Below are positions 37,899 through 49,842 of a DNA stretch of 64,000 bases, in pieces; positions within the stretch are counted from its first letter, which is position 1; each line of letters starts with the position of its first letter. Under the pieces are notes generated by a model. That model had not been told where the DNA came from. It did not search any database and worked only from the letters and a program-made list of their open reading frames with translations. Made by a program: the position numbers and the translations under genes. The stretch comes from Candidatus Syntropharchaeum sp. (GTDB lineage Archaea > Halobacteriota > Syntropharchaeia > Syntropharchaeales > Syntropharchaeaceae): positions 594 through 64,593 of the forward strand of contig JAOQII010000005.1 in the NCBI GenBank assembly GCA_026134025.1. The letters are read 5' to 3'.

Positions 37899-39086
37899 AT
37901 GAAAGGTATCACAAGAAATATACTCATTCTCGGTCTTGTAAGCCTTTTTACAGACCTCTCAAGCCAGATGGTCTTTCCGCTGATTCCATTATTTTTAACA
38001 ACCGTTCTTGGTGCGGGTGCCTTTGCCGTCGGTTTTGTAGAGGGTGCGGCAGAAACAACCGCATCGCTTCTCAAGGTTGTATCTGGATACTGGTCAGATA
38101 AGGTAAAAGTTAGAAAACCATTCATACTTGTTGGATACTCACTTTCAACGATAACAAAGCCTTTATTTGCATTTGCAGGTATATGGCAATCTGTTCTTCT
38201 GATAAGGGTAATTGAGAGGGTTGGAAAAGGGCTTAGAACTGCACCAAGAGATGCACTTGTTGCTGAATCATCGAGAGAAAGTACAAGGGGAGTTGCTTAT
38301 GGATTTCACAGATCAATGGATGGTGCAGGCTCGGTTCTGGGCGCGGTCATTGCTTTCCTCCTTCTCTTCTACGGCTGGCGGTATCAGGATATATTCCTCC
38401 TTGCATTCATACCAGGAATTATCTCGGTATCGATTATCTTGCTTATAAAGGAGCGTGCTCATATACCCTCAGAACCTGAGTCTGATAAAGCAAAAACCTC
38501 GATCAAGGTCAGTTTCGGGAAGCTTGACTGGAATCTGAGGCTTCTGATCCTTGCATCCTCAATCTTTGCACTCGGACATTTTGGATATGCTTTTTTTCTG
38601 CTTCGAGCAAAGAATATTGGGCTTGGCGATGAGACCGCAATCCTTCTCTACGTCCTCTTCTACATCATCTACACACTTGCATCGATTCCATCAGGTATGC
38701 TCTCAGATAAGCAAGGGAGAAAACCGATCCTGGTGGGAGGATATATCTTATTTGGGTTGGTGTCAACTGGATTGATCTTTGTATCAGATTTTTCAGGAAT
38801 ACTTCTACTATTTGCGATCTATGGTATTTGTTATGCGATGATCGATGGCGTACAGCGTGTCTTTGTCGTCGATCTCGCACCAGAGGATCTGAAAGCGACC
38901 GCTCTCGGTGCATTTCATACCTCAATCGGTATGGCTGCACTTCCAGGTGGGCTTATAGCAGGGTTTCTCTGGGATGTGATGTGCCCTGAGGCGACGTTTA
39001 TCTATGCAGTTATACTGACCGTGATTTCAGTTCTGCTGGTGGGGTTTGTGAAGGAGCACGAGATCTCACAATACCACCACTTTTAA
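37899..39086 (+). CDS. MFS transporter
   Basis: About 12 TM helices; GYWSDK...RKP, RVGKGLRTAPRDAL. Confidence 0.9.
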   Translation: MKGITRNILILGLVSLFTDLSSQMVFPLIPLFLTTVLGAGAFAVGFVEGAAETTASLLKVVSGYWSDKVKVRKPFILVGYSLSTITKPLFAFAGIWQSVLLIRVIERVGKGLRTAPRDALVAESSRESTRGVAYGFHRSMDGAGSVLGAVIAFLLLFYGWRYQDIFLLAFIPGIISVSIILLIKERAHIPSEPESDKAKTSIKVSFGKLDWNLRLLILASSIFALGHFGYAFFLLRAKNIGLGDETAILLYVLFYIIYTLASIPSGMLSDKQGRKPILVGGYILFGLVSTGLIFVSDFSGILLLFAIYGICYAMIDGVQRVFVVDLAPEDLKATALGAFHTSIGMAALPGGLIAGFLWDVMCPEATFIYAVILTVISVLLVGFVKEHEISQYHHF

Positions 39087-39124
39087 GCAAACTTTAAGTA
39101 CAGACTCAACATAGGTTTCACCTG

Positions 39125-40024
39125 ATGGAGATCGAACTTAAAGAGCTGAGGCACGGTACCGAGCTTCTCAAACGTGGTTTTGCATCGATGCAGAAAGGCG
39201 GTGTGATCATGGATGTGACAAATCCGAAGGAAGCAAAGATCGCAGAGGAGGCTGGGGCTGTTGCTGTGATGGCACTTCATAAGGTTCCTGCTGATATCAG
39301 GGCATCTGGCGGTATCGCAAGGATGGCAGATCCTGCGGTTATCTCAGCGATCATCGAAGCTGTCACGATCCCTGTTATGGCAAAGACCAGAATAGGGCAT
39401 TTTGTAGAGTCTGAGATCCTTGAGGCGTTGGGCGTCGACATGATCGATGAGTCAGAGGTTTTAACGCCAGTTGATACTCATCATATAGATAAAACCAGAT
39501 TTACCGTCCCGTTTGTCTGTGGAGCGCGAGATCTTGGAGAAGCGCTTCGCAGGATCGCTGAAGGAGCTGCAATGATCAGAACAAAAGGCGAAGCTGGGAC
39601 AGGTGACGTAAAGGAAGCAGTCAGACACATGAAGCTGATCATGGGGACGATCAGAGAACTTCGTGGGAAGAACGAAGAGGAACTAATGGACATCGCACGG
39701 AAGATCGAGGCACCCATTGATCTTGTCGTTGAGACCGCAAAACTGGGAAGGCTTCCTGTCGTTAACTTTGCAGCAGGTGGAATTGCAACGCCTGCAGATG
39801 CCGCGCTTATGATGAAACTCGGCGCAGATGGCGTATTTGTAGGTTCAGGAATATTCAAGTCCTCTGACCCGGTGAGGATGGCTCATGCGATTGTTGATGC
39901 AGTAAATAACTTTGATGACCCTGCTAAGCTTGCAGAGATCTCTAAGGGGCTTGGAGATCCAATGAAAGGCATAGAAGTTGGGTCCATTCCCAGAGAGGAG
40001 CTTCTTCAGGTTCGAGGATGGTAG
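39125..40024 (+). CDS. pdxS: Pyridoxal 5'-phosphate synthase lyase subunit
   Basis: [39 protein letters not shown]. Confidence 0.96.
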   Translation: MEIELKELRHGTELLKRGFASMQKGGVIMDVTNPKEAKIAEEAGAVAVMALHKVPADIRASGGIARMADPAVISAIIEAVTIPVMAKTRIGHFVESEILEALGVDMIDESEVLTPVDTHHIDKTRFTVPFVCGARDLGEALRRIAEGAAMIRTKGEAGTGDVKEAVRHMKLIMGTIRELRGKNEEELMDIARKIEAPIDLVVETAKLGRLPVVNFAAGGIATPADAALMMKLGADGVFVGSGIFKSSDPVRMAHAIVDAVNNFDDPAKLAEISKGLGDPMKGIEVGSIPREELLQVRGW

Positions 40025-41253
40025 AAACAGATCTGCTAAAGACGGCAGAAAAGATCCTTGAATTTGGGCCGATCTGTGATAGCTGTCTCGGCAGGCAGTT
40101 TGCAATGTTATCGACCGGCCTCACAAACCGTGAGCGCGGACGTGCACTTCGTACGGTTATTCGAATGAGTCATGATGACCGCACTCTACCTGAGAAAGGG
40201 TGCTGGGTTTGTCTCGGGCTATTTGAGAGGGATAAACTTGCAAGCTGGGCTGAAAAGGTCGAGGATGCACTGCATGGTATTGAATGCAGGACATTTCTCA
40301 TCGGAACTCAGGTGAGTGGGCTTCTTTCAGAGAATGAGGAGATTTTATGGGGTGAGTGTGGGATACAATATGCCGAGCCTTTAAAATCTGAACTTAACCG
40401 TGAGATCGGAAAGCTCGTATCAGAGAGAAAAGGAATAGAGGTTGAGTTTACGCGTCCTGACGTTCTTATAATCCTCGATCTCGCCCGTGACAGGGTTAAC
40501 CTATCGATAAACGCTCGCTTCATCTTCGGCAGGTATCTAAAACTCATAAGAGGGATTCCGCAGACAAGATGGCCATGTAGCAGGTGTCGTGGCAAAGGCT
40601 GTCAGGCGTGCAACTTCACAGGCAAGCTCTATAAGGAGTCTGTCGAGGAACTCATCGGCGAGGTCGCACTTCCTTTATTTAAAGGTGAGGACTATCGCCT
40701 CCATGGTGCAGGACGTGAGGATATCGATGCGCGTATGCTTGGGCGTGGAAGACCATTCATCCTTGAGATAAAATCGCCAAAAGCGCGGGAAGTAGATCTA
40801 AAGGTGCTCGAGGATGGGGTTGATCATACAAAAGTCTCGCTTACTGGTCTGCGATACACCGATGGATCCAGGGTGGAGGTTTTAAAGTCAGCCTCTCCCA
40901 CGAAGCGTTACAGGGCTAAGATCAGGGTGGGAGATCTCGATAAAATACGGCTTGAATCAGGGTTAAATGAACTTTCAGGCGCGATAATCGATCAAAAAAC
41001 TCCTCAGAGGGTTCTTCACAGAAGAGTAGATAAAACAAGAAGACGAAAAGTTATCGAGGCGCATCTTCTCGGGATTGAAGATGGATATGCCATAATAGAG
41101 ATCTTATCAGAGGCCGGGCTCTATATAAAGGAGCTTGTATCAGGCGATAAGGGAAGATCCAGCCCAAGCCTCTCGTCGATCATGGAAGAGGATCTTTCTG
41201 TTGAGGAGCTTGATGTCATCGATGTTGGGGACATTGAGGGCATAGAGATATAA
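40018..41253 (+). CDS. pus10: tRNA pseudouridine(54/55) synthase Pus10
   Basis: [51 protein letters not shown]. Confidence 0.94.
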   Translation: MVETDLLKTAEKILEFGPICDSCLGRQFAMLSTGLTNRERGRALRTVIRMSHDDRTLPEKGCWVCLGLFERDKLASWAEKVEDALHGIECRTFLIGTQVSGLLSENEEILWGECGIQYAEPLKSELNREIGKLVSERKGIEVEFTRPDVLIILDLARDRVNLSINARFIFGRYLKLIRGIPQTRWPCSRCRGKGCQACNFTGKLYKESVEELIGEVALPLFKGEDYRLHGAGREDIDARMLGRGRPFILEIKSPKAREVDLKVLEDGVDHTKVSLTGLRYTDGSRVEVLKSASPTKRYRAKIRVGDLDKIRLESGLNELSGAIIDQKTPQRVLHRRVDKTRRRKVIEAHLLGIEDGYAIIEILSEAGLYIKELVSGDKGRSSPSLSSIMEEDLSVEELDVIDVGDIEGIEI

Positions 41254-41311
41254 AGAAAGGGGCATAATCTATTTATTTAACAAGCTGTATGGGATATATG
41301 GAGTGAATGTT

Positions 41312-41602
41312 ATGCCAGTATCACACGGTGTTAAGAGAAAGACGAGACATAAGCTCAAGAAGCCGGTGAGAGCGCGTGGACTGTCACCTATCACAAGAGC
41401 TGTTCAGGAGTTTAATCCTGGTGAGATGGTACACATCAAGATCGATCCAAGTGTTCACCGAGGTGTACCAAATCCGAAGTTTCACGGAAAGACCGCAAAG
41501 GTGATAGCCATGCGTGGGAGGTCATTCAGGCTCGAGGTAAAAGACGGAAAGAAACTCAAAGAGATCTTTGTGAGACCAGAACATCTTCTGCCGCAGAAAT
41601 GA
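41312..41602 (+). CDS. rpl21e: 50S ribosomal protein eL21
   Basis: [27 protein letters not shown]. Confidence 0.95.
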   Translation: MPVSHGVKRKTRHKLKKPVRARGLSPITRAVQEFNPGEMVHIKIDPSVHRGVPNPKFHGKTAKVIAMRGRSFRLEVKDGKKLKEIFVRPEHLLPQK

Positions 41603-41621
41603 AAAGCGTCAGGTTGAGTAA

Positions 41622-41966
41622 ATGATCGTAAAAAAAGTTCTTTCAGAAGAGATGCTTACCCTGGCTGAAGCAAAAGCCATCCTGATGGAAGTAAGAGAGG
41701 AGAGGGAAGGGGAAGAGCTCAGCTATGAGAAGCGGAAGGCGATAGAACATGCCGAGCTATTCTGTCACATGGACGCGGCGAGATCGAGGGAGCTGGTAAA
41801 GGAGCTTGAGACGCTCGAAAAGATGAAGCCAGAGCTTGCAATCAGGATTGCAGATATACTGCCTGAGACACGGGACGAGGTTCGGGCGATCTATGCAAAG
41901 GAGAGGTTCACGCTCACAGAGGAGGAACTTGATGCGATTCTCGATATCGTGAACAGGTACCATTAG
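41622..41966 (+). CDS. rpoF: RNA polymerase subunit F (Rpo4)
   Basis: LSYEKRKAIEH, IADILPET; conserved rpl21e-rpoF-DUF655 order. Confidence 0.92.
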   Translation: MIVKKVLSEEMLTLAEAKAILMEVREEREGEELSYEKRKAIEHAELFCHMDAARSRELVKELETLEKMKPELAIRIADILPETRDEVRAIYAKERFTLTEEELDAILDIVNRYH

Positions 41967-41976
41967 GGGAGGGGGT

Positions 41977-42561
41977 ACGATCAATAAGATCTTCACAGCG
42001 AGCAAGGAAAGAGAGGAGTATGTACGTGTACTCGATTTTCTTCCCTACGGCAGGATCGATGATGACCGCCCAGCGTACCAGAAGGAACCGCTTATCCAGG
42101 CGATCGGTGAGAAGAGTTTTGTTCTGATGGAGATTACGCCAAAGAAGGGTAAAGTGCCGATGATACATGAAAGACTCTACACCGGGGAGAAGACACGTGA
42201 TGTCGTGGATCATGTGAACTGCAGGCTCAGGTACAACGAACTCACGCACGCGGCACAGGCTGAGCTCCCACACGTGCTTACTGAGATCGTAAAAGACAAT
42301 GAAGCAAGGTTTCTTGAGATCTATAATAAATCATACTCAATTACGACACGGCTCCATATTCTCGATCTCTTTCCAGGTATCGGTCGTAAGTTCGTGAATA
42401 TGATTCTGAAGGAACGGAAGAAGGGGGACTTTACCAGCTTTGATGACCTTAAAAATCGGGTTAAAGGGTTGTACCATCCAGAGAGGATCATAGCGAATCG
42501 GATAGAGGAAGAGCTGAAAGACGATACGATAAAATATCGGCTCTTCACCACCGTGAAGTGA
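41977..42561 (+). CDS. DUF655 (COG1491) RNA-binding protein; start codon non-canonical
   Basis: EEYVRVLDFLPYG...QAIGEKSFVLME upstream of the first ATG; ITTRLHILDLFPGIG HhH motif. Confidence 0.82.
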   Translation, partial: TINKIFTASKEREEYVRVLDFLPYGRIDDDRPAYQKEPLIQAIGEKSFVLMEITPKKGKVPMIHERLYTGEKTRDVVDHVNCRLRYNELTHAAQAELPHVLTEIVKDNEARFLEIYNKSYSITTRLHILDLFPGIGRKFVNMILKERKKGDFTSFDDLKNRVKGLYHPERIIANRIEEELKDDTIKYRLFTTVK

Positions 42562-42565
42562 TCCC

Positions 42566-43432
42566 GTGAAGATCGTGATTGTTGGCGGCGCTGGGGTAAT
42601 GGGACAGTGGTTTACAAGATTTTTCAAAGCGAGCGGTGCCGTTGTTTATATCCTTGATCCAAGAGATGATTGTGGGAAGATCGCAGACGAACTGGGTGTC
42701 ACTGCTGTTGGGCAGGAAAAGCTTGGTGAGGTCGATATTGTCCTGATATCAGTCCCGATTCAGATTGCCCACCGCGTGATCGTGGATACGGCACCCCTAC
42801 TAAAACAGGGAGCGCTTCTTGTAGATATTACCTCGATAAAGCGTGATCCCACTCGTGCGATGCGATCTGCAATAGCCGAGTGTGATATCGAGGCTTTGAG
42901 CATTCATCCACTCTTTGGTCCGACGATGCCCTCGATGAAGAAGCAGACGATGATCTTTGTACCCGTTAGAAAGGGCAGGCTTACAGGATTTATGGATCAG
43001 TTATTTACAGATGCTGGAGCAGACGTTGTCTATATGGACGCAGATGAGCACGATAGAATAATGGCGGTTGTCCAGGGGCTTACTCACTTTGTTTACATCA
43101 CGTTCGGACAGACCCTGAGAGCGCTTGGATTTGATATTGAAGGGTCAAGAAGATATATGAGTCCTGTTTATGAGATTATGACCGATTTTGTTGGTAGAAT
43201 TCTTCATCAGGACCCGATGCTTTATGGCATGATACAGATGAACCTTGATGTATCTGAGATTCATGAAACATTCCTGAAAGAAGCCAGTAAGCTCTCAGAG
43301 ATTGTTAAAAAAAGAGATATTGAGAAATTTACCGAAGAGATGCGATCATCCCGTGAACATTTTGGAAACACCGCGCGTTCGATGGTAGCGTCAGATAAAT
43401 TGGTAAACTTTAAAGTTAAAGAGGACGATTGA
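42566..43432 (+). CDS. tyrA: Prephenate dehydrogenase
   Basis: IVGGAGVMG, DITSIK, HPLFGP, EHDRIMAVVQGLTH. Confidence 0.9.
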   Translation: MKIVIVGGAGVMGQWFTRFFKASGAVVYILDPRDDCGKIADELGVTAVGQEKLGEVDIVLISVPIQIAHRVIVDTAPLLKQGALLVDITSIKRDPTRAMRSAIAECDIEALSIHPLFGPTMPSMKKQTMIFVPVRKGRLTGFMDQLFTDAGADVVYMDADEHDRIMAVVQGLTHFVYITFGQTLRALGFDIEGSRRYMSPVYEIMTDFVGRILHQDPMLYGMIQMNLDVSEIHETFLKEASKLSEIVKKRDIEKFTEEMRSSREHFGNTARSMVASDKLVNFKVKEDD

Positions 43433-43447
43433 TTTAATGGGGATGGA

Positions 43448-45019
43448 ATGAGGCGACCACTCGGTACAATATTTGGAGATACAGGAGCGCTCAAGTTCCG
43501 CTTTGCTGTGACAGCCCCTGATCTTCTGAGACAGGGTGATTATATCAAGGTCTGGCACCCGACCGATGGATGGGTGCTCTCGCAGGTTACATCGATTCGC
43601 AGATCGAGTGATCTCTCATTTGACAAAGCAAAGTCTGTCGGGACGTTCACCGAGATCGAGGAGAAAGTAGTGGCAGAAGGTGTTGTAATTGGATCAAGGG
43701 ATGAGGAAGGACTGCTTAAGTCACCAAGAACTCCTTTTTCACCTGGAGACCGTGTCTTCCCAGCAGATCGCGACCTGATACTTGAGACGATCGGTCTTGG
43801 GAAGGATGGGATCTACATCGGCTTTCTCGAGGGGCATGATATCAAGGTTATGCTCGATCCAAACAAATTTGTCCAGAAACACTGCAGTATCCTCGCAAAG
43901 ACAGGGTCTGGCAAGTCATACACCGCAGGGGTGATCGTTGAGGAGCTTCTCGATAAAGGTGTTCCGCTTCTGATCATCGATCCACACGGTGAGTATGCAT
44001 CACTAAAATCTGAGAACGAGAGTGAGAGTGATCTAAAGCGGATGGATGAATACGGGGTCATGCCGGAGTCATATTTAGATCAGGTTATGGTCTACACCCC
44101 TGCAAACCTGGCTGTCGCACCCCACGCCGATGCTGTCTTCAGGTTCGATGGCGTAAACCTCGATGCACGCACGTTAAGTCTCATGGTCCCAAGTCTCACA
44201 GATACACAGCTTGGACTTCTCTACCAGGCGATAAAAGCACTCAAGGAGGCGCGTGACTTTTACAGGATCGATGATATCATTGATGAGGTTGGGAAGTTTA
44301 AATCAAACGCCAGATGGGCGATCATACATACACTTGAACTCTTGAAGGAGACTGGTCTTTTATCAGACAGCCCAACAGCCCTGGAAGAACTGGTAAAACC
44401 GAGAAAAGCATCCATCATTGATATGAAGGGGGTTGACCCGAAGCTTCAAGAGATCATCGTCTCCCAGCTTGCATCACAGCTTTTCGATGCGAGAAAGATG
44501 GGTAAGATTCCACCCTTAATGCTTGTGATCGAGGAAGCCCATAATTTCTGCCCTGAGAAAGGGATCGGGAAGGCGATATCCTCTGAGATCTTAAGAACGA
44601 TCGCATCAGAAGGGAGGAAGTTTGGTCTGGGTCTGCTTGTTATCTCACAGCGTCCTGCAAGGGTTGATAAAAATATCCTTTCCCAGTGTAACACCCAGAT
44701 AATTCTCAAGGTCACAAACCCGAACGACCTCAAAGCCCTGAGTAAAGGACTTGAAGGGATGAGTACAGATCTTGAAGAGGAGATAAAACGAATTCCTGCG
44801 GGTATGGCACTTATTGTGAGTAATGATATCGAGAAGCCCGTGCTTGTTGATGTGAGGGTAAGAAAGACCCGCCATGGCGGCGAATCCTCCAGGATCATAT
44901 CGACATATCCTGCAAGCTGGGAGGACTATCTTGATACCTTAGAAGATGAGGATGAGGTGGTCGAGGAGGGGCGGCAGGGAATGAGGTTTATATCAAGGTT
45001 GTTTGGGAGAGGAGCATAA
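43448..45019 (+). CDS. HerA/DUF87 family ATPase
   Basis: HAS barrel, [38 protein letters not shown]. Confidence 0.9.
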   Translation: MRRPLGTIFGDTGALKFRFAVTAPDLLRQGDYIKVWHPTDGWVLSQVTSIRRSSDLSFDKAKSVGTFTEIEEKVVAEGVVIGSRDEEGLLKSPRTPFSPGDRVFPADRDLILETIGLGKDGIYIGFLEGHDIKVMLDPNKFVQKHCSILAKTGSGKSYTAGVIVEELLDKGVPLLIIDPHGEYASLKSENESESDLKRMDEYGVMPESYLDQVMVYTPANLAVAPHADAVFRFDGVNLDARTLSLMVPSLTDTQLGLLYQAIKALKEARDFYRIDDIIDEVGKFKSNARWAIIHTLELLKETGLLSDSPTALEELVKPRKASIIDMKGVDPKLQEIIVSQLASQLFDARKMGKIPPLMLVIEEAHNFCPEKGIGKAISSEILRTIASEGRKFGLGLLVISQRPARVDKNILSQCNTQIILKVTNPNDLKALSKGLEGMSTDLEEEIKRIPAGMALIVSNDIEKPVLVDVRVRKTRHGGESSRIISTYPASWEDYLDTLEDEDEVVEEGRQGMRFISRLFGRGA

Positions 45020-45086
45020 CAAGATCACCACAACATTTATATAGAAGTATAAATCATAGAAAACAAAAAAATGGAGGATTTTATAT

Positions 45087-46733
45087 ATGGCTGGACAGTT
45101 AGGCGGAACGCCGATATTGATTTTAAAAGAAGGAGCTGAGCGAACAAGAGGTAAAGAAGCGCAGAACCGTAACATAACGGCAGCAAAGACCGTTGCAAGT
45201 GCAGTTCGAACAACACTCGGACCAAAAGGTATGGATAAGATGCTTGTCGACTCACTCGGGGACGTTGTAATTACAAATGACGGTGCAACGATCCTTAAAG
45301 AGATGGACATCGAACACCCTGCTGCAAAGATGATGGTTGAGATCTCAAAGACCCAGGATGATGAGGTCGGCGATGGCACAACCACTGCAGTTGTACTTGC
45401 AGGAGAACTCTTAAAAAAAGCAGAAGATCTCTTAGAGCAGGATATTCATCCAACAGTAATCGCATCGGGTTACAGACTTGCATCAGAGAAAGCCTATGAG
45501 ATACTGAGTGAAACGAGTAAAGATATATCTCCTGAGGATAAAGACGCCCTCTTCAAGGTCGCAAAAACCGCTATGACAGGAAAAGGTGCTGAAATATCTC
45601 AGGAAGGACTCACAAAGCTCGTGGTAGATTCTGTAACTGCTATCGTTGAAGATGATGGGACGGTCGATATCGATAACATCAAGGTTGAGAAGAAGATGGG
45701 TGGCGGCGTCGAGGACTCTGAATTGATCGATGGTATCGTTATCGATAAGGAGCGGGTGCATACAAACATGCCAAAAAAGATCGATGACGCGAAGATCGCA
45801 CTCTTAAATTGCCCACTCGAGATCGAGAAGACCGAGGTCGATGCAAAGATCGAGATTACATCGCCCGATCAGCTCAAACTTTTCCTCGACGAGGAAGAGA
45901 ACATGCTGAGGGAGATGGTTGAGAAGATTACATCAACGGGTGCAAATGTCCTGTTCTGCCAGAAGGGGATCGATGACATCGCACAGCATTTCCTCGCAAA
46001 GGCAGGCGTCCTTGCCGCGAGGAGGGTCAAAGAGAGTGATATGAAGAAACTCGCTCGTGCAACTGGCGGTAGAATAGTCTCAAGTGTTGATGAGCTTGAA
46101 TCAGATGATCTCGGTGACGCAGGCATCGTCGAAGAGCGAAAGATCGGCGGAGATGAGATGATCTTCATTGAGAAATGCAGTAACCCCAAAGCAGTCTCAA
46201 TTATCCTGCGCGGTGGTACAGAACACGTTGTCGATGAGCTTGAGCGTGGTATACACGACGCGCTTAGGGTCGTAGGTGTAGCGATCGAGGACAAGAAGGT
46301 TCTGGCTGGTGGTGGATCATCAGAGACCGAGCTTGCACTGAGACTCAGAGATTACGCTTCAACGATCGGTGGACGTGAGCAGCTCGCGATCGAGGCATTT
46401 GCAGACGCACTTGATATCATTCCAAGAACGCTTTCAGAAAACGCTGGACTCGATCCAATCGATATGCTCGTCGCACTGAGATCTGCCCATGAAGCAGGCG
46501 ATAAGAATGCAGGTCTCAATGTAATTAATGGTGAGATCATCGATATGGAAGAGGCAGGCGTTCTTGAGCCAATGAGGATAAAGACGCAGGCGGTAAGCTC
46601 TGCCACAGAAGCAGCGGTGATGATTCTCAGGATCGATGACGTCATCGCGAGTTCAAAGACGAGTGGACCAGCTGCGCCTCCAGGAGGCGGAATGCCACCA
46701 GGTGGCATGGGCGGAATGGAAGATATGTACTGA
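45087..46733 (+). CDS. ths: Thermosome (group II chaperonin) subunit
   Basis: [25 protein letters not shown]; GGM tail. Confidence 0.97.
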   Translation: MAGQLGGTPILILKEGAERTRGKEAQNRNITAAKTVASAVRTTLGPKGMDKMLVDSLGDVVITNDGATILKEMDIEHPAAKMMVEISKTQDDEVGDGTTTAVVLAGELLKKAEDLLEQDIHPTVIASGYRLASEKAYEILSETSKDISPEDKDALFKVAKTAMTGKGAEISQEGLTKLVVDSVTAIVEDDGTVDIDNIKVEKKMGGGVEDSELIDGIVIDKERVHTNMPKKIDDAKIALLNCPLEIEKTEVDAKIEITSPDQLKLFLDEEENMLREMVEKITSTGANVLFCQKGIDDIAQHFLAKAGVLAARRVKESDMKKLARATGGRIVSSVDELESDDLGDAGIVEERKIGGDEMIFIEKCSNPKAVSIILRGGTEHVVDELERGIHDALRVVGVAIEDKKVLAGGGSSETELALRLRDYASTIGGREQLAIEAFADALDIIPRTLSENAGLDPIDMLVALRSAHEAGDKNAGLNVINGEIIDMEEAGVLEPMRIKTQAVSSATEAAVMILRIDDVIASSKTSGPAAPPGGGMPPGGMGGMEDMY

Positions 46734-46764
46734 AAGAGGGTTAAACCTCTTTTTTCTATTTTTT
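46733..46764 (+). terminator. Hairpin plus T-run after the thermosome gene
   Basis: AAAGAGG-GTTAAA-CCTCTTT followed by T tracts, between convergent genes. Confidence 0.6.
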
Positions 46765-46768
46765 AAAT

Positions 46769-47467
46769 TTACCTCCATCCCATAACATCATCCATTGAGT
46801 AGATTCCGTTCTCTCTTCTGTGAATCCACCTCACAGCCCGTATCACACCATTCACGAATGTAGCCCTGCTCTGTGCATGGTGTGCAATCTCAAAACGCTC
46901 CCCGATTCCGGAAAAGATGACTGTATGGTCACCAACGATATCTCCACCCCTTATCGCATGGATGTCTACTTCTCTTCCCATATCCTCAAGTACCTTTGCT
47001 GCTCTGAGTGCTGTCCCACTCGGCGCATCGATCTTTGTTCTATGGTGTGCCTCGATGATCGAGATATCATAGCCCTCAAGTACTGCTGCCGCATCCTTTA
47101 TGAGCCTCCAGAGAAGGTTCACACCGATCGAGAAGTTTGGTGAGATCACAGCAGCAACCCTGTCCTCGATCTCGGATCGCAACTTCAGAAGATCATCTTC
47201 GCTGAAACCTGTGGTTCCGATCACGAGATTAACACCAGATTGGGCGGCTGTAATCGCATTCTCAATCGCAGCATCTGCAACCGTAAAATCAACAAGAACA
47301 TCAACACCCCTATCTCTCAGCGTGTCGGCCATTTTCTCGGGGTGTACAACCCCCTCGCCACGAATATCAAAACTTGCAACAGCCTCCATCCCTTCTTCAG
47401 TAGCGATTCTATCAATGATCAGGCGCCCCATACGTCCATTTGCTCCGCTGACAGCTAACTTTATCAT
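46769..47467 (-). CDS. dapB: 4-hydroxy-tetrahydrodipicolinate reductase
   Basis: GANGRMG, VIGTTG, EAHHRTKIDAPSGTA. Confidence 0.95.
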   Translation of the reverse strand: MIKLAVSGANGRMGRLIIDRIATEEGMEAVASFDIRGEGVVHPEKMADTLRDRGVDVLVDFTVADAAIENAITAAQSGVNLVIGTTGFSEDDLLKLRSEIEDRVAAVISPNFSIGVNLLWRLIKDAAAVLEGYDISIIEAHHRTKIDAPSGTALRAAKVLEDMGREVDIHAIRGGDIVGDHTVIFSGIGERFEIAHHAQSRATFVNGVIRAVRWIHRRENGIYSMDDVMGWR

Positions 47468-48342
47468 ATAAGATCCATCTCTGTTAGAACTTCTCTAAGG
47501 CGCGCTTCATTCTCTTTGTCAAGCTCTGCAAGCGGTAGTCTGATCGTTCCATTCGAGAGTTTCATCAGTTCAGCAGCCTTCTTGACAGGTATCGGGTTTG
47601 TCTCAAGAAATAGCGCATCGAATAAGGGAGCGAGCTCATAGTGGAGATCCCTTGCACGATCAAAGTTACCTGATAGTGCTTCTGCTGTGAGCGATGCCAT
47701 TCTTTGGGGTATGATGTTTGCGGCAACCGAGACGACACCAACACCCCCAAGTGCTATAATCGGGATGGTCGAGGAATCGTCTCCTGCAAAGATAAGAAAA
47801 CCATCATCTCTCGTAAGCTCAATTATCTTTGAAACCTGCGAGATGTTTCCGCTTGCCTCCTTGATACCTATTATTCGTTCATCCTTTGAGAGTTCAAGGA
47901 TCAGATCAGGTGTGAGGTTAAGCCCTGTCCTTGACTGGATGTTGTACAGGATTATGGGAAGATCAGATGCCTCTGCGATCGCATTGAAGTGCTTCAGGAT
48001 GCCACGCCTGTTTGGCTTGTTATAATAAGGTGTGATCTGGAGTGATGCATCCGCTCCAACGTCCTTTGCAAATCTTGTAAGCTCAACCGCCTCTTCTGTA
48101 TTGTTTGAGCCTGTGCCTGCGATTACAGCAAGTTTTGACGGAGCGGCATCGACAGAAGCTTTAATCACGTCTCTGTGCTCATGATGCGTCAGCGTTGCAG
48201 ACTCACCTGTTGTGCCACATGGAACAATTCCAGAAATACCATTCGCTGCCATAAACTCGATGAGGAATCGCAATTGTTCCAGATCGAGGCTGCCGTCATC
48301 CTTGAACGGGGTTATAAGTGCGGTGAAGACCCCTCTAAACAT
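47464..48342 (-). CDS. dapA: 4-hydroxy-tetrahydrodipicolinate synthase
   Basis: ALITPF, GTTGE, PYYNKP, LYNI, IKEASG; start at ATG 48342 inferred. Confidence 0.95.
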   Translation of the reverse strand: MFRGVFTALITPFKDDGSLDLEQLRFLIEFMAANGISGIVPCGTTGESATLTHHEHRDVIKASVDAAPSKLAVIAGTGSNNTEEAVELTRFAKDVGADASLQITPYYNKPNRRGILKHFNAIAEASDLPIILYNIQSRTGLNLTPDLILELSKDERIIGIKEASGNISQVSKIIELTRDDGFLIFAGDDSSTIPIIALGGVGVVSVAANIIPQRMASLTAEALSGNFDRARDLHYELAPLFDALFLETNPIPVKKAAELMKLSNGTIRLPLAELDKENEARLREVLTEMDLI

Positions 48343-48571
48343 AGAACTCGTCATCGTCGCTGCCACGCAATCGACTCTCTCTTCTTATCTTGCTATTGAT
48401 CTTTGAAGTGATGTATCCTGCGATCCTGTTTCGTATAGTCTTGCTCTTGACGTTGGTGCGTGCTTCAACGATCTTTTTGTTCTCTTCGAAATCCCCAGTG
48501 AACGTTACTCCTGAATCCTTACGCAACTTATCACCAACAACCTTTATGTAAGTGGGTCTCACGTTTCCCAT
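48335..48571 (-). CDS. rps17e: 30S ribosomal protein eS17
   Basis: MGNVRPTYIK, DFEENK, RNRIAGYIT. Confidence 0.95.
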   Translation of the reverse strand: MGNVRPTYIKVVGDKLRKDSGVTFTGDFEENKKIVEARTNVKSKTIRNRIAGYITSKINSKIRRESRLRGSDDDEFYV

Positions 48572-48682
48572 ATCAATCTCCTTTTCATGATTTAATCTTG
48601 ATATAAGTAGCTTCGATCATATCACTTAATAAGGTTAACCCCAAACGAAAAGTCCTTAACCTTCAGGATCATACAAATCCAC

Positions 48683-49231
48683 ATGAAACTTAGTACAAAA
48701 GACTATCCAAAGCTACTGGTAAGACCTGTCATTGTTGTGACGACGATATCAAAGAACGGGGTTCCGAACGCTGCGCCTTTCAGCTTCAACTCACCCATCA
48801 GTTTCGAACCACCGTTATACGGATTTTCATGCAATCCAGCACATGATACGTGGCGAAACATTCAGGATACGGGCGAGTTTGTCGTGAATGTGGCGGGTGA
48901 GGATATGGGAGATCTCATGAAGATTCTGGAAGAGAAATATCCTTATGAGGTTTCAGAGATCGAAAAGGCTGGACTAAACGAAGAGCCCTCAGATGTCGTG
49001 AAACCACCACGGATCATGGAAGCGATCGCATGGATTGAGTGCACGCTCGATAAGGCGGTAGAGCTTGGTGACCATATATGGGTTGCAGGAAAAGTGGTTG
49101 CAGCAGGCGTTAAAGGAGATTCCTGGGAAGGAGTTCTGGAGCCTGAAAGCTCGAAACCGCTCTGTCATATCGCTGGAGAGTTCTTCGCTGTGGATATGGT
49201 CACAAAAAAGTTTGAGCGTGCCAAAAAATAA
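48683..49231 (+). CDS. Flavin reductase-like (flavoredoxin family) protein
   Basis: NAAPFS, DTWRNI...GEFVVN, PPRI...ECT, GDH. Confidence 0.87.
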   Translation: MKLSTKDYPKLLVRPVIVVTTISKNGVPNAAPFSFNSPISFEPPLYGFSCNPAHDTWRNIQDTGEFVVNVAGEDMGDLMKILEEKYPYEVSEIEKAGLNEEPSDVVKPPRIMEAIAWIECTLDKAVELGDHIWVAGKVVAAGVKGDSWEGVLEPESSKPLCHIAGEFFAVDMVTKKFERAKK

Positions 49232-49842
49232 TGGCAAGGCGTAGACATGATTTTTTCTGGAAGGAGGCTAAGCGGTGGGGTTATCGTTCACGCGCCTCCT
49301 TCAAGCTCATACAGATAAACGAGCGATTTGGTGTGATCAGGAAAGGTTATAAGGTCGTGGATCTTGGAGCAGCACCTGGCGGATGGCTTCAGGTTGCAAA
49401 AGATATCGCTGGAGAGAAAGGGGTTGTTATCGGGGTTGATCTTTTGCCGATTGAGCCGATAGAAGGAGTTTTCACGCTAAAGAAAGATATTAGACGACCA
49501 GACGTGGTGGATCAAATCCTCGAGATTACAGGTGGGGATAAAGTTGATGCAGTACTATCTGATGCCTCGCCAAACCTCTCAGGCAACTGGTCATGGGATC
49601 ACGGACGCTCGATCGATCTCGCGGAAACTGCCCTCGGTGTATCGGATAAAATCCTCAAGGAAGATGGAAATTTTGTTGTCAAGGTCTTCCAGGGGGATAT
49701 GTACAGGGCGTTTTTCAGAACCGTACTGACACGATTTGAGAGGGTGAACGCATATACACCACGTGCATCAAGGAAAGAAAGTGCAGAGATCTATCTCATT
49801 GGCAGGGGTTACAGACGTGCTTCTCATACGACCGTCGGCTGA
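49231..49842 (+). CDS. rlmE: 23S rRNA 2'-O-methyltransferase RlmE/RrmJ
   Basis: GYRSRASFKL, DLGAAPGGW, SDASPN, KVFQG, ASRKESAE. Confidence 0.95.
   Translation: MARRRHDFFWKEAKRWGYRSRASFKLIQINERFGVIRKGYKVVDLGAAPGGWLQVAKDIAGEKGVVIGVDLLPIEPIEGVFTLKKDIRRPDVVDQILEITGGDKVDAVLSDASPNLSGNWSWDHGRSIDLAETALGVSDKILKEDGNFVVKVFQGDMYRAFFRTVLTRFERVNAYTPRASRKESAEIYLIGRGYRRASHTTVG

Noticed and set aside
43448-45019. HerA/DUF87 ATPase as a possible defence system
   Set aside because: No nuclease or SIR2 partner; housekeeping context; such stand-alone paralogues are common in archaea
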